Shown piece after piece: positions 11,621 through 22,880 of a DNA stretch of 64,000 bases; position 1 is the stretch's first letter; each line of letters starts with the position of its first letter. A program made the translations under genes and the position numbers. The notes under the pieces are model-generated. The model saw only the letters and a program-made list of their open reading frames with translations. It searched no databases and was not told the DNA's origin. Origin of the DNA: Heptranchias perlo (taxonomy: Eukaryota); assembly GCF_035084215.1 (NCBI RefSeq), contig NC_090362.1, positions 14,260,001 through 14,324,000 on the forward strand, read 5' to 3'.

Positions 11621-11898
11621 TTGGTATAGTTCAAAGCTGCACAGACTGTTCAATGCTGAATGGTTATGCCATGAAAGCTGCTCTGGTAGCAATAAGGAGG
11701 ATGAACGGTGAGGTCACACGGAGCAACATGGTCCAGTGCCTGAGGAGTAAGAGCCCTGAATATAGAGGGGCTCACTCTTCAATTACAGCTGCTTATATAT
11801 TTTAGTTTCATTTGTTGGGGGGAGGAGGGAATTTTGAGCTAATTGAGGTGAGAAGTGTTATTATTTCTGATATTAGATGTCAGCACCAAACGCTCAGC

Positions 11899-14300
11899 GG
11901 GCAGGTACAGCACGGGTTAGATACGGAGTAAAGCTCCCTCCACACTGTCCCATCAAACACTCCCGGGGCAGGTACAGCACGGGTTAGATACGGAGTAAAG
12001 CTCCCTCCACACTGTCCCATCAAACACTCCCAGGGCAGGTACAGCACGGGTTAGATACGGAGTAAAGCTCCCTCTACACTGTCCCATCAAACACTCCCAG
12101 GGCAGGTACAGCACGGGTTAGATACAGAGTAAAGCTCCCTCCACACTGTCCCATCAAACACTCCCAGGGCAGGTACAGCACGGGTTAGATACAGAGTAAA
12201 GCTCCCTCTACACTCTCCCATCAAACACTCCCAGGGCAGGTACAGCACGGGTTAGATACAGAGTAAAGCTCCCTCTACACTCTCCCATCAAACACTCCCA
12301 GGGCAGGTACAGCACGGGTTAGATACAGAGTAAAGCTCCCTCCACACTGTCCCATCAAACACTCCCAGGGCAGGTACAGCACGGGTTAGATACAGAGTAA
12401 AGCTCCCTCCACACTGTCCCATCAAACACTCCCAGGGCAGGTACAGCACGGGTTAGATACGGAGTAAAGCTCCCTCTACACTCTCCCATCAAACACTCCC
12501 AGGGCAGGTACAGCACGGGTTAGATACAGAGTAAAGCTCCCTCCACACTGTCCCATCAAACACTCCCAGGGCAGGTACAGCACGGGTTAGATACAGAGTA
12601 AAGCTCCCTCTACACTGTCCCATCAAACACTCCCGGGGCAGGTACAGCACGGGTTAGATACGGAGTAAAGCTCCCTCTACACTGTCTCATCAAACACTCC
12701 CAGGGCAGGTACAGCACGGGTTAGATACGGAGTAAAGCTCCCTCTACACAGTCCCATCAAACGCTCCCAGGGCAGGTACAGCACGGGTTAGATACGGAGT
12801 AAAGCTCCCTCCACACTGTCCCATCAAACACTCCCAGGGCAGGTACAGCACGGGTTAGATACGGAGTAAAGCTCCCTCTACACAGTCCCATCAAACGCTC
12901 CCAGGGCAGGTACAGCACGGGTTAGATACAGAGTAAAGCTCCCTCCACACTGTCCCATCAAACACTCCCAGGGCAGGTACAGCACGGGTTAGAAACAGAG
13001 TAAAGCTCCCTCCACACTGTCCCATCAAACACTCCCAGGGCAGGTACAGCACGGGTTAGAAACAGAGTAAAGCTCCCTCCACACTGTCCCATCAAACACT
13101 CCCAGGGCAGGTACAGCACGGGTTAGAAACAGAGTAAAGCTCCCTCCACACTGTCCCATCAAACACTCCCAGGGCAGGTACAGCACGGGTTAGATACAGA
13201 GTAAAGCTCCCTCTACACTGCCCCATCAAACACTCCCAGGGCAGGTACAGCACGGGTTAGACATGAAGTAAAGCTCCCTCTACACTGCCCCATCAAACAC
13301 TCCCAGGGCAGGTACAGCACGGGTTAGACATGAAGTAAAGCTCCCTCTACACTCTCCCATCAAACACTCCCAGGGCAGGTACAGCACGGGTTAGATATAG
13401 AGTAAAGCTCCCTCTACACTGTCCTATCAAACACTCCCGGGGCAGGTACAGCACGGGTTAGATACAGAGTAAAGCTCCCTCTGCACTGTCCCATCAAACA
13501 CTCCCAGGGCAGGTACAGCACGGGTTAGATACAGAGTAAAGCTCCCTCTACACTGTCCCATCAAACACTCCCAGGGCAGGTACAGCACGGGTTAGATACA
13601 GAGTAAAGCTCCCTCTACACTGTCCCATCAAACACTCCCAGGGCAGGTACAGCCTGGGTTAGATACAGAGTAAAGCTCCCTCCACACTGTCCCATCAAAC
13701 ACTCCCAGGGCAGGTACAGCCTGGGTTAGATACAGAGTAAAGCTCCCTCTACACTGTCCCATCAAACACTCCCAGGGCAGGTACAGCACGGGTTAGATAC
13801 AGAGTAAAGCTCCCTCTACACTGTCCCATCAAACACTCCCAGGGCAGGTACAGCACGGGTTAGATACAGAGTAAAGCTCCCTCTACACTGTCCCATCAAA
13901 CGCTCCCAGGGCAGGTACAGCACGGGTTAGATACAGAGTAAAGTTCCCTCTGCACTGTCCCATCAAACACTCCCAGGGCAGGTACAGCACGGGTTAGATA
14001 CAGAGTAAAGTTCCCTCTACACTGTCCCATCAAACACTCCCAGGGCAGGTACAGCCTGGGTTAGATACAGAGTAAAGCTCCCTCTACACTGTCCCATCAA
14101 ACGCTCCCAGGGCAGGTACAGCACGGGTTAGATACAGAGTAAAGTTCCCTCTGCACTGTCCCATCAAACACTCCCAGGGCAGGTACAGCACGGGTTAGAT
14201 ACAGAGTAAAGTTCCCTCTACACTGTCCCATCAAACACTCCCAGGGCAGGTACAGCCTGGGTTAGATACAGAGTAAAGCTCCCTCTGCACTGTCCCATCA
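11899..14300 (+). repeat. 67-bp minisatellite array (about 36 units) inside a dispersed host element (about 11828-14430)
   Basis: Unit GGGCAGGTACAGCACGGGTTAGATACAGAGTAAAGCTCCCTCTACACTGTCCCATCAAACACTCCCA. Period is 67 (GCAGG at 11901 and 11968). Confidence 0.97.
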
Positions 14301-14797
14301 GTGTTCTTCAGTCTCAGCCACAGGAGCGCCCCCTACTGCCACCAGTGCAACATTTTCCCATTTTCCACATCAGCTGTCCTTCGGGTGCTTTGTGAGTTAG
14401 CCAGTTTAAAGCTGAATCGGGGCAGTTTGTGCTTTGAGCAACGGCTGCTTTATGTGCTGTTTATTCAGCCCACACCACACCTTTTAGTGGGTTCTTCAGC
14501 GATGACTCATGCGCAAAACAAACCAATGTGGGGAGGGGAGAAGAACATTTTATCTGCTTAATTGAACATGATCACAGGAGAAGCTATTCATTGTTCAAAG
14601 GGATGGGCTTGTTTCACTTGCTCTTGTTTTGTGAATTGATGTTTCACATTTCCTCCACTCCTCGGTTCCACAGGTGCAAGCTGCCATCCAGTACCTCACC
14701 TAACTGACCATTCTTCTAAACAGTGACCATCATTGGAAGGGTATTTTACAATGGCAGAGTATAACGGTCATGCCCACTCTTATTCCCCCTGTAAAAA

Positions 14798-15125
14798 TTT
14801 ATATAGCACTTTTCACGACTTCAGGACGTTCCAAAGTACTTTTTGAAGTGTTGTCACTGTTGTAATGCAGGAAATGCGGCAGCCAATTTGCGCACAGCAA
14901 GATCCCACAAGAGCAAAGATCATCTGTTCTTTTTGGTGATGTTGGTTGAGGGATAAATATTGGCCAGGTCACCGGGGAGAACTCCCCTCTTCTTAGAAAT
15001 ATTGCCACGGTTTCTTTGGGTTCTTTAACATCCACCTGAGAGGGCAAATGGGGCTTCACTTTAACGTCTCACCTGAAGGATGGCACCTTCGACAGTGCAG
15101 CACTCACTCAGTAGTGCACTGGAGC
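14798..15125 (-). mobile_element. Deu-domain SINE
   Basis: Reverse complement of the Deu core and the L2-like tail. Confidence 0.85.
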
Positions 15126-15919
15126 CACTGGGTGGCAAGCAGTCCAGGATTGTCTCTCTTTCCCCCCCCCCCCCCCCTCGCTCCCTAGCCCGGAGCATTG
15201 AGGCCATTAGGAGTGTTGTAGCTGACAGGAGTGTTGTCGCTGACCTGAGTGTTCCAGGCTAGGGAGTGGAAAATTAGCTGAGGTTCCCAATCTTGATCAC
15301 TCCTCTAAATTTGAAGTTGCTTATCTGAATTATCTGTTAATTCCAATGGAAATGGTACAAAAAAAATTGCCTCCTGTTGTTTTATTTAAATTGCTTAATC
15401 CAAATTACTGGATAATTCAATTTTTTTCAAACAAAAAACAACTTTGAATTAATAGGAACCGAGGCTATATACTGACCCCTTCTGGAAACTCTGTGTTGGT
15501 GTCATAAAGGGACAGGATTGGCTTCAGCTCTGATGCCTTCTGTGGTCACAAAGCCTGCAACACTCCTGGTCTGGCCCAGTGACTTGAGTGAGGTACAAGA
15601 GGGTTGTCAGTGCTCTGTGGAACATATGCAAGCAGTGGGAAGAGTGGGAGGACCTATTGACTTGTTGGCGTTGATCTTAGCCAGGATATCAATGTTGAAA
15701 TCTGTTCCCTTGCCTGCTACTTTCTGGACTGATCCCCAGTACTGCAGCGTGCGTACAATGTTTTAGATTCTGGCTGTTACTTTTTGTGATGTGCGTCCAT
15801 TGGCTCAGTATTACTTGTAGGAGTGTGATTTTTTTTGTTTAATTGGGAAACCTAGTTGAAGGGTCAGATCCCATCATGCAAAACACCCCCATGGTTGGAA
15901 AGAGTAAGAGCGAAGAAGA

Positions 15920-16170
15920 GACACTATATTTTGAAGAAGAGCAGGGGAGTTCTCCCCGGTGTCCTGGCCAATATTGATCCCTCAATCAACATCACTAAAC
16001 ACAGATTATCTGGTCATTATCTCATTGCTGTTTGTGGGATCTTGCTGTGTGCAAATTGGCTGCCATGTTACCTACAGTACAACGGTGACTACACTTCAGA
16101 AGTACTTCATTGGCTGTAAAGTACTTTGGGATGTCCTGAGGTCGTGAAAGGCACTATACAAATGCAAGTT
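15920..16170 (+). mobile_element. Deu-domain SINE, 3' half
   Basis: GAAGAAGAGCAGGGGAGTTCTCCCCGGTGTCCTGGCCAATATT...GGCACTATACAAATGCAAG. Confidence 0.85.
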
Positions 16171-16541
16171 TTTTTTTTCTTTTAAAATCAGGAAGTTGTG
16201 GTTAGATGACACTAAGCTTGGGTTTTGAAAGCTTGTAATTTGTAGGAGGAAGGGAAGGCTGAGGAAGGGGAGAAGTTGCCTAATTTGGAGGTATTGGGAA
16301 GAATGAGTTGCAGTAGGAGACGGTGCTTTGAGTATTGATTTCAACATGGGGAGAAGGCACGTAGGAGAAGCAGTGTAGGTATTTGGAGGTTAGGAGGAAT
16401 GAGAGAGGGAAGATCAGAGAAGCAATGACCATAGTAGCAGTGATAAAACAGGTAAGAAAGACTGTGACGGAGAGAATGATTGGAAGCCAGAAGTGAAAGG
16501 GTTACCTGTCTGTGTTCTTTATTCTGTTCTCTGTCCGAGAG

Positions 16542-16754
16542 AAATGTAAGGTATCTTACAACACCAGGTTATAGTCCAACTGTTTTATTTGAAAATCACA
16601 AGATTTCGGAGGCTTTCTCCTTCGTCAGGTGAGCGACGAAGGAGAAAGCCTCCGAAAGCTTGTGATTTTCAAATAAAACAGTTGGACTATAACCTGGTGT
16701 TGTAAGATTCCTCACATTTGTCAACCCCAGTCCATCACCGGCATCTCCACATCA
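16542..16754. mobile_element. Penelope-derived inverted (palindromic) pLTR pair with a one-sided ~35-nt extension
   Basis: Arms at about 16542-16626 and 16635-16719 are reverse complements with few mismatches. They are followed by GTCAACCCCAGTCCATCACCGGCATCTCCACATC. Confidence 0.88.
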
Positions 16755-17671
16755 GGCCTGTCCTAGAGAGTGAGAGAGAAGCTGTGCCTCCCCAGGTACA
16801 GGTGCAGTTTGATGTGGATTGGAGTTTGGGAGTCTTGTTTAACATTACGTGTTGGATTGAGTTGGTTGTGTGCTGTCTTCTGGAGTCAGGAAGCAGCCCG
16901 ATAATCCATTTGCTTGCCGGATTGGGCCAATGCCGTTAATGAGTGTCATGCCTGGAAAAGAAATGCATTTGGCTTGGGTAAGTGGGCAGCTGTTGGGGTT
17001 GAGCTCTGGGTTGGTTCACGTTGCTGTCTTAAGTTTCCTGCATTGAGGGGAAATAAAAACATTGGCACCTCTGAATGAATTGTGTACATATAAGCATAAC
17101 TACATTCCTCTGAATTTTGAACGTTCTTCATTGTATTCTTGCAGATATTTCCCCATTGTGTTTTTTCTTTCACTTCCTATCCTAAAGCCGATGGCCCCCC
17201 CCCTGCATACCTTTCCACTGGCACCGGCAGCTCTCTGGTACCTCACTCAAATGGGTGCTCTTCACGTGCAAGCCTAGTCAATGATTGTGGGGAGGTAGGC
17301 TGTTTTTCGTGGCGGCATCACAGCAAGCCCTTGTCCTCAGGCGCACTTCAAATGTTCTCGTGTCGTACCACGACATTTTGTAAATTCTGCATTCTATAAG
17401 TGTACGTTGAGAGAATGTCATCGCTTGCAGTGTTTGTTTCCTGCAACAATTGGGCATTGATCTGGAATATATGTTTGAAGAGTTGGTCTAAGGGGATACT
17501 ACAAGACCAGAATTGATTTGTGCAGGAGAGTTGGGTGATGGGAGGCTTGGGTGGAGTGTGATCCTATTTTTAAAAACAGGACAACTTCAGCTGGTTTTTA
17601 TTGCCAGGAATGTGTTTGTGCATTTTCAGTTTCCCAGTTTTCTGCCCTCCTATTCTGAAGGTGCTTCCCCG

Positions 17672-17917
17672 ATTTCCTTCTCTCCACCATTGGCAGCCGT
17701 GCCTTCAGCCACCTAGGCCCTCGGCTCTGTAATTCCTTCCCTAACCCTCTCCGCCCCTCTCTCCTCCTTAAATCCTATCCGTTTGACCAAGATTTTGTCA
17801 CCTGTCCTAATATCTCTTTATGTGGTTCGATGTCAAATTTTGTTTGATAACCGCTCCTGTGAAGCGCCTTGGGACGTTTTACTACATTAAAGGTGCTGTA
17901 TAAATGCAAGTTGTTGG
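17672..17917 (+). mobile_element. L2 LINE 3' fragment
   Basis: CCACCATTGGCAGCCGTGCCTTCAGCC...AAGGTGCTGTATAAATGCAAGTTGTTG. Confidence 0.8.
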
Positions 17918-18103
17918 TGCTGACTCTTGCTGAAGAACGATTCCACAGGTACTGGGTACTCCTTGCTACCTAAGCCAAGTGCCTATTTTTCATCAGTGTG
18001 GGCAGGATATTTAACAGTGGGGGGGGCGAAGGTTTAGCGCAGCAGATCCTGTCTATAGTGAATGCTCCCAAGATCCTTGCAGCTGTCATTTTATTCAGTG
18101 ATT

Positions 18104-18255
18104 TTTTTTTTATTCGTTCATGGGATTTGGGCGTCGCTGGCAAGGCCGGCATTTATTGCCCATCCCTAATTGCCCTTGAGAAGGTGGTGGTGAGCCGCCT
18201 TCTTGAACCGCTGCAGTCCGTGTGGTGAAGGTTCTCCCACATGTCTTGGTGAGGA
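18104..18255 (-). mobile_element. LINE family B 3' end
   Basis: Near-identical to 48722-48870, including the T-run tail. Confidence 0.85.
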
Positions 18256-18290
18256 ATTGTATTACGGGGAAAAGAATGTGAGAAAAGTAA

Positions 18291-18630
18291 GAAACTTGCA
18301 TTTACATAGAGTTTTATTAAGTGTATCAAACATCCCAAAGCACTTCATGTACACTGAATTGGTTTGAAGTGCGGTTTGTGTTGTTGTGGCACACAGTAAG
18401 GTCCCACAAACTGTAATGAGATAAATGAGCAGTCAGTGTGTTTTGGTGATATAGTGTCAGGGTCTTTAATATCTACCTGAACCATTGGAGCAGGCAGAGA
18501 GGACATCTGTTTAGCATCTAATCCGAAGGACAGCGCAGCACTTTCTCAACACTGCACTGGAGTGCCAGCCTCGATTATATACTCGAGTGAGGCTTGAAAC
18601 CACAACCTTGTGACTCTGAGGCAAGAGTGC
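18291..18630 (-). mobile_element. Deu-domain SINE, degenerate
   Basis: AACTTGCATTTACATAG...CCCACAAAC...CACTGCACTGGAGTGCCAGCCT...CACAACCTTGTGACTCTGAGG. Confidence 0.75.
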
Positions 18631-20487
18631 GTGTTCCCAGGGACACCCCCTCCTGCGGATTAGTGCGCGCTGCCAGGGACCCCCTCCCCCCGGCGGATTA
18701 GTGCGCGCTCCCAGGGACCCCCCCCCCCCTTGGATTAGTGCACGCTCCCGGGGACCGGCCCCCCCTCCTGCGGATTAGTGCGCGCTCCCGGGGACCGGCC
18801 CCCCCTCCTGCGGATTAGTGCGCGCTCCCGGGGACCGGCCCCCCCCTCCTGCGGATTAGTGCGCGCTCCCAGGGACCGGCCCCCCCTCCTGCGGATTAGT
18901 GCGCGCTCCCGGGGACCGGCCCCCCCTCCTGCGGATTAGTGCGCGCTCCCGGGGACCGGCCCCCCCCTCCTGCGGATTAGTGCGCGCTCCCGGGGACCGG
19001 CCCCCCCTCCTGCGGATTAGTGCGCGCTCCCGGGGACCGGCCCCCCCTCCTGCGGATTAGTGCGCGCTCCCAGGGACCGGCCCCCCCCTCCTGCGGATTA
19101 GCGCGCGCTCCCAGGGACCCCCCCCCTCCTGCGGATTAGCACGCGCTCCCAGGGACCCCCCCCCCCCCCCCGCGGATTAACGCGCACTCCCAGGGACCCC
19201 CCCCCCCCTGCGGATTAGCGCGCGCTCCCAGGGACCCCCCCCTGCGGATTAGTGCGTGCTCCCAGGGACCCCCCCCCCGCAGATTAGTGCTCCCAGGGAC
19301 CCCCCCCCTCCTGCGGATTAGCGCGCGCTCCCAGGGACCCCCCCCCACCTCCTGCGGATTAGCGCGCGCTCCCAGGGACCCCCCCCCCTCCCTCCTGCGG
19401 ATTAGTGTGCGCTCCCAGGGACCCCCCCCCTCCCTCCTGCGGATTAGTGTGCGCTCCCAGGGACCCCCCCCTCCCTCCTGCGGATTAGTGTGCGCTCCCA
19501 GGGACCCCCCCCCTCCCTCCTGCGGATTAGTGTGCGCTCCCAGGGACCCCCCCCCCACCCACCTCCTGCGGATTAGTGCGCGCTCCCAGGGACCCCCCCC
19601 ACCTCCTGCGGATTAGTGCGCGCTCCCAGGGACCCCCCCCACCTCCTGCGGATTAGTGCGCGCTCCCAGGGACCCCCCCCCCCACCTCCTGCGGATTAGT
19701 GCGCGCTCCCAGGGACCCCCCCCCACCTCCTGCGGATTAGTGCGCGCTCCCAGGGACCCCCCCCCCTCCCTCCTGCGGATTAGTGCGCGCTCCCAGGGAC
19801 CCCCCCCCCTCCCTCCTGCGGATTAGTGCGCGCTCCCAGGGACCCCCCCCCCCCTGCGGATTAGTGTGCGCTCCCAGGGACCCCCCCCCCCCCCACCCAC
19901 CTCCTGCGGATTAGTGCGCGCTCCCAGGGACCCCCCCCCCCACCTCCTGCGGATTAGTGCGCGCTCCCAGGGACCCCCCCCCCCCCTGCGGATTAGTGCG
20001 CGCTCCCGGGGACCCCCCCCACCTCCTGCGGATTAGTGCGCGCTCCCAGGGACCCCCCCCCTCCTGCGGATTAGTGCGCGCTCCCAGGGACCCCCCCCCC
20101 TGCGGATTAGTGCGCGCTCCCAGGGACCCCCCCCCCTGCGGATTAGTGCGCGCTCCCAGGGACCCCCCCCCTCCCCCCTGCGGATTAGCGCGCGCTCCCA
20201 GGGACCCCCCCCCCCACCTCCTGCGGATTAGTGCGCGCTCCCAGGGACCCCCCCACCTCCTGCGGATTAGTGCGCGCTCCCAGGGACCCCCCCCCCTGCG
20301 GATTAGCGCGCGCTCCCAGGGACCCCCCCCCCTGCGGATTAGTGCGCGCTCCCAGGGACCCCCCCCCCCTCCTGCGGATTAGTGCGCGCTCCCAGGGACC
20401 CCCCCCCCCTCCTGCGGATTAGTGCGCGCTCCCAGGGACCCCCCCCCCTGCGGATTAGCGCGCGCTCCCAAGGACCCCCCTCTGCGA
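18631..20487. repeat. GC/CpG-rich minisatellite array, copy 1 (about 35-48-bp units, roughly 45 units)
   Basis: Core CCTGCGGATTAGTGCGCGCTCCCAGGGAC plus a variable C-run, with CCGG, CACCT and TCCCT variants. Confidence 0.95.
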
Positions 20488-20772
20488 ATATAGGCAAATG
20501 TAAGTTCCAAAGGACCTTATGTCCCAATTGCAGGACTGAGAGTTATCCAAGGAAAAATCTATTATTGCAGAAAATGTGTTTTTATTAGTGTACAGCAACA
20601 GGAATAATGTGCTAGTGTGTCAACACATTCCAAAAAGTGATGAGTGCAGAATCCTTGAGACAACCATGTTTGCAGCACACGCTATGCTCTGCCCTAGCCA
20701 GACCGATATCTGATGACCTTGGAGATTCCCTGGGATCCTTTCAAGGACCTCAGTTTGAAAACCTGTGTTTTA
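20488..20772. mobile_element. Old non-autonomous DNA-transposon-like repeat abutting the GC minisatellite (duplicated at 22882-23166)
   Basis: TTGCAGAAAATGT.TTTTATTAGTGTACAG.AACAG is shared with about 44995-45150, and more loosely with about 4540-4650 and 7960-8090. It ends in GTTTGAAAACCTGTG, resembling hAT-type MITE ends. Confidence 0.45.
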
Positions 20773-21267
20773 CAAGCCTGTAGATTGTAGAATGAAGTGC
20801 AGACTGTAGAATGTAACGGCTAAAAACTGTTTGAGTTCCTGGGAGCGAATGAGTTTGAACGATGAGTCTTGATTTCAATACAGTGAGGATGTCGGAGAAA
20901 TGTATTTTTTTTTTTCTTCAACCACCTAAATGTCCATAGTATTTGCGATTATGCAGAGGGTCACCTCAGTGTCTTACAGAGCAGTGGCTACCCAGGGAGC
21001 AGGGGGAGGAAGAGAAGGTTGAGGAGGGGGCAAAAGCATAGTCGAAGGGAAGAGTCTTGAGGCATCTGACGGCAAGGAGGGGAGTGTGAAGACTCGGAGT
21101 ACTGAAGGAGAGGGTTGGAAAGGCTGAAGCAAGGTGGCTGGAGAGGCATCCACAAATAGTGGGGACAGAGGGAGCGGGGAAGGAGAGGTTGGCTGGTGTG
21201 GGAGGACTATACTGAGGCAAACAGCTGGAGAAATGGGGCAAGGAGAGGTGAGGATGTGGAGGGATTT

Positions 21268-22880
21268 GTGCGCGCTGCCAGGGACCCCCTCCCCCCGGCG
21301 GATTAGTGCGCGCTCCCAGGGACCCCCCCCCCCCTTGGATTAGTGCACGCTCCCGGGGACCGGCCCCCCCCTCCTGCGGATTAGTGCGCGCTCCCGGGGA
21401 CCGGCCCCCCCTCCTGCGGATTAGTGCGCGCTCCCGGGGACCGGCCCCCCCTCCTGCGGATTAGTGCGCGCTCCCAGGGACCGGCCCCCCCTCCTGCGGA
21501 TTAGCGCGCGCTCCCAGGGACCCCCCCCCTCCTGCGGATTAGCACGCGCTCCCAGGGACCCCCCCCCCCCCCCGCGGATTAACGCGCACTCCCAGGGACC
21601 CCCCCCCCCCTGCGGATTAGCGCGCGCTCCCAGGGACCCCCCCCTGCGGATTAGTGCGTGCTCCCAGGGACCCCCCCCCCGCAGATTAGTGCTCCCAGGG
21701 ACCCCCCCCCTCCTGCGGATTAGCGCGCGCTCCCAGGGACCCCCCCCCACCTCCTGCGGATTAGCGCGCGCTCCCAGGGACCCCCCCCCTCCCTCCTGCG
21801 GATTAGTGTGCGCTCCCAGGGACCCCCCCCTCCCTCCTGCGGATTAGTGTGCGCTCCCAGGGACCCCCCCCTCCCTCCTGCGGATTAGTGTGCGCTCCCA
21901 GGGACCCCCCCCTCCCTCCTGCGGATTAGTGTGCGCTCCCAGGGACCCCCCCCCACCCACCTCCTGCGGATTAGTGCGCGCTCCCAGGGACCCCCCCCAC
22001 CTCCTGCGGATTAGTGCGCGCTCCCAGGGACCCCCCCCCACCTCCTGCGGATTAGTGCGCGCTCCCAGGGACCCCCCCCCCACCTCCTGCGGATTAGTGC
22101 GCGCTCCCAGGGACCCCCCCCCACCTCCTGCGGATTAGTGCGCGCTCCCAGGGACCCCCCCCCCTCCCTCCTGCGGATTAGTGCGCGCTCCCAGGGACCC
22201 CCCCCCCTCCCTCCTGCGGATTAGTGCGCGCTCCCAGGGACCCCCCCCCCCCTGCGGATTAGTGTGCGCTCCCAGGGACCCCCCCCCCCCCACCCACCTC
22301 CTGCGGATTAGTGCGCGCTCCCAGGGACCCCCCCCCCCACCTCCTGCGGATTAGTGCGCGCTCCCAGGGACCCCCCCCCCCCTGCGGATTAGTGCGCGCT
22401 CCCGGGGACCCCCCCACCTCCTGCGGATTAGTGCGCGCTCCCAGGGACCCCCCCCCTCCTGCGGATTAGTGCGCGCTCCCAGGGACCCCCCCCCCTGCGG
22501 ATTAGTGCGCGCTCCCAGGGACCCCCCCCCCTGCGGATTAGTGCGCGCTCCCAGGGACCCCCCCCTCCCCCCTGCGGATTAGCGCGCGCTCCCAGGGACC
22601 CCCCCCCCCACCTCCTGCGGATTAGTGCGCGCTCCCAGGGACCCCCCCCACCTCCTGCGGATTAGTGCGCGCTCCCAGGGACCCCCCCCCCTGCGGATTA
22701 GCGCGCGCTCCCAGGGACCCCCCCCCCTGCGGATTAGTGCGCGCTCCCAGGGACCCCCCCCCCCTCCTGCGGATTAGTGCGCGCTCCCAGGGACCCCCCC
22801 CCCCTCCTGCGGATTAGTGCGCGCTCCCAGGGACCCCCCCCCTGCGGATTAGCGCGCGCTCCCAAGGACCCCCCTCTGCG
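21268..22880. repeat. GC/CpG-rich minisatellite array, copy 2 (roughly 40 units)
   Basis: Same unit and variant order as copy 1, but 4 instead of 9 CCGG-type units. Confidence 0.95.

Noticed and set aside
11899-14300. CRISPR-like or telomeric interpretation of the regular array (contains GGGTTAG)
   Set aside because: Units are contiguous with no unique spacers, there are no cas genes, and the context is vertebrate. GGGTTAG occurs once per unit, not as (TTAGGG)n.
15300-15475. Possible Tc1/Tigger-like MITE shared with about 60880-61025 (ACTGGATAATTCAATTTTTTT...TTGAATTAA)
   Set aside because: The similarity is real but short, and I could not define terminal inverted repeats or a TA target site.
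19136-22138. Pro/Gly/Arg-rich ORFs on both strands
   Set aside because: Translations of the GC minisatellite, with frames set by variable C-runs.
18631-22880. Constant core plus variable linker resembling repeat-spacer architecture
   Set aside because: The linkers are only C-runs with a few recurrent variants, not unique spacers.
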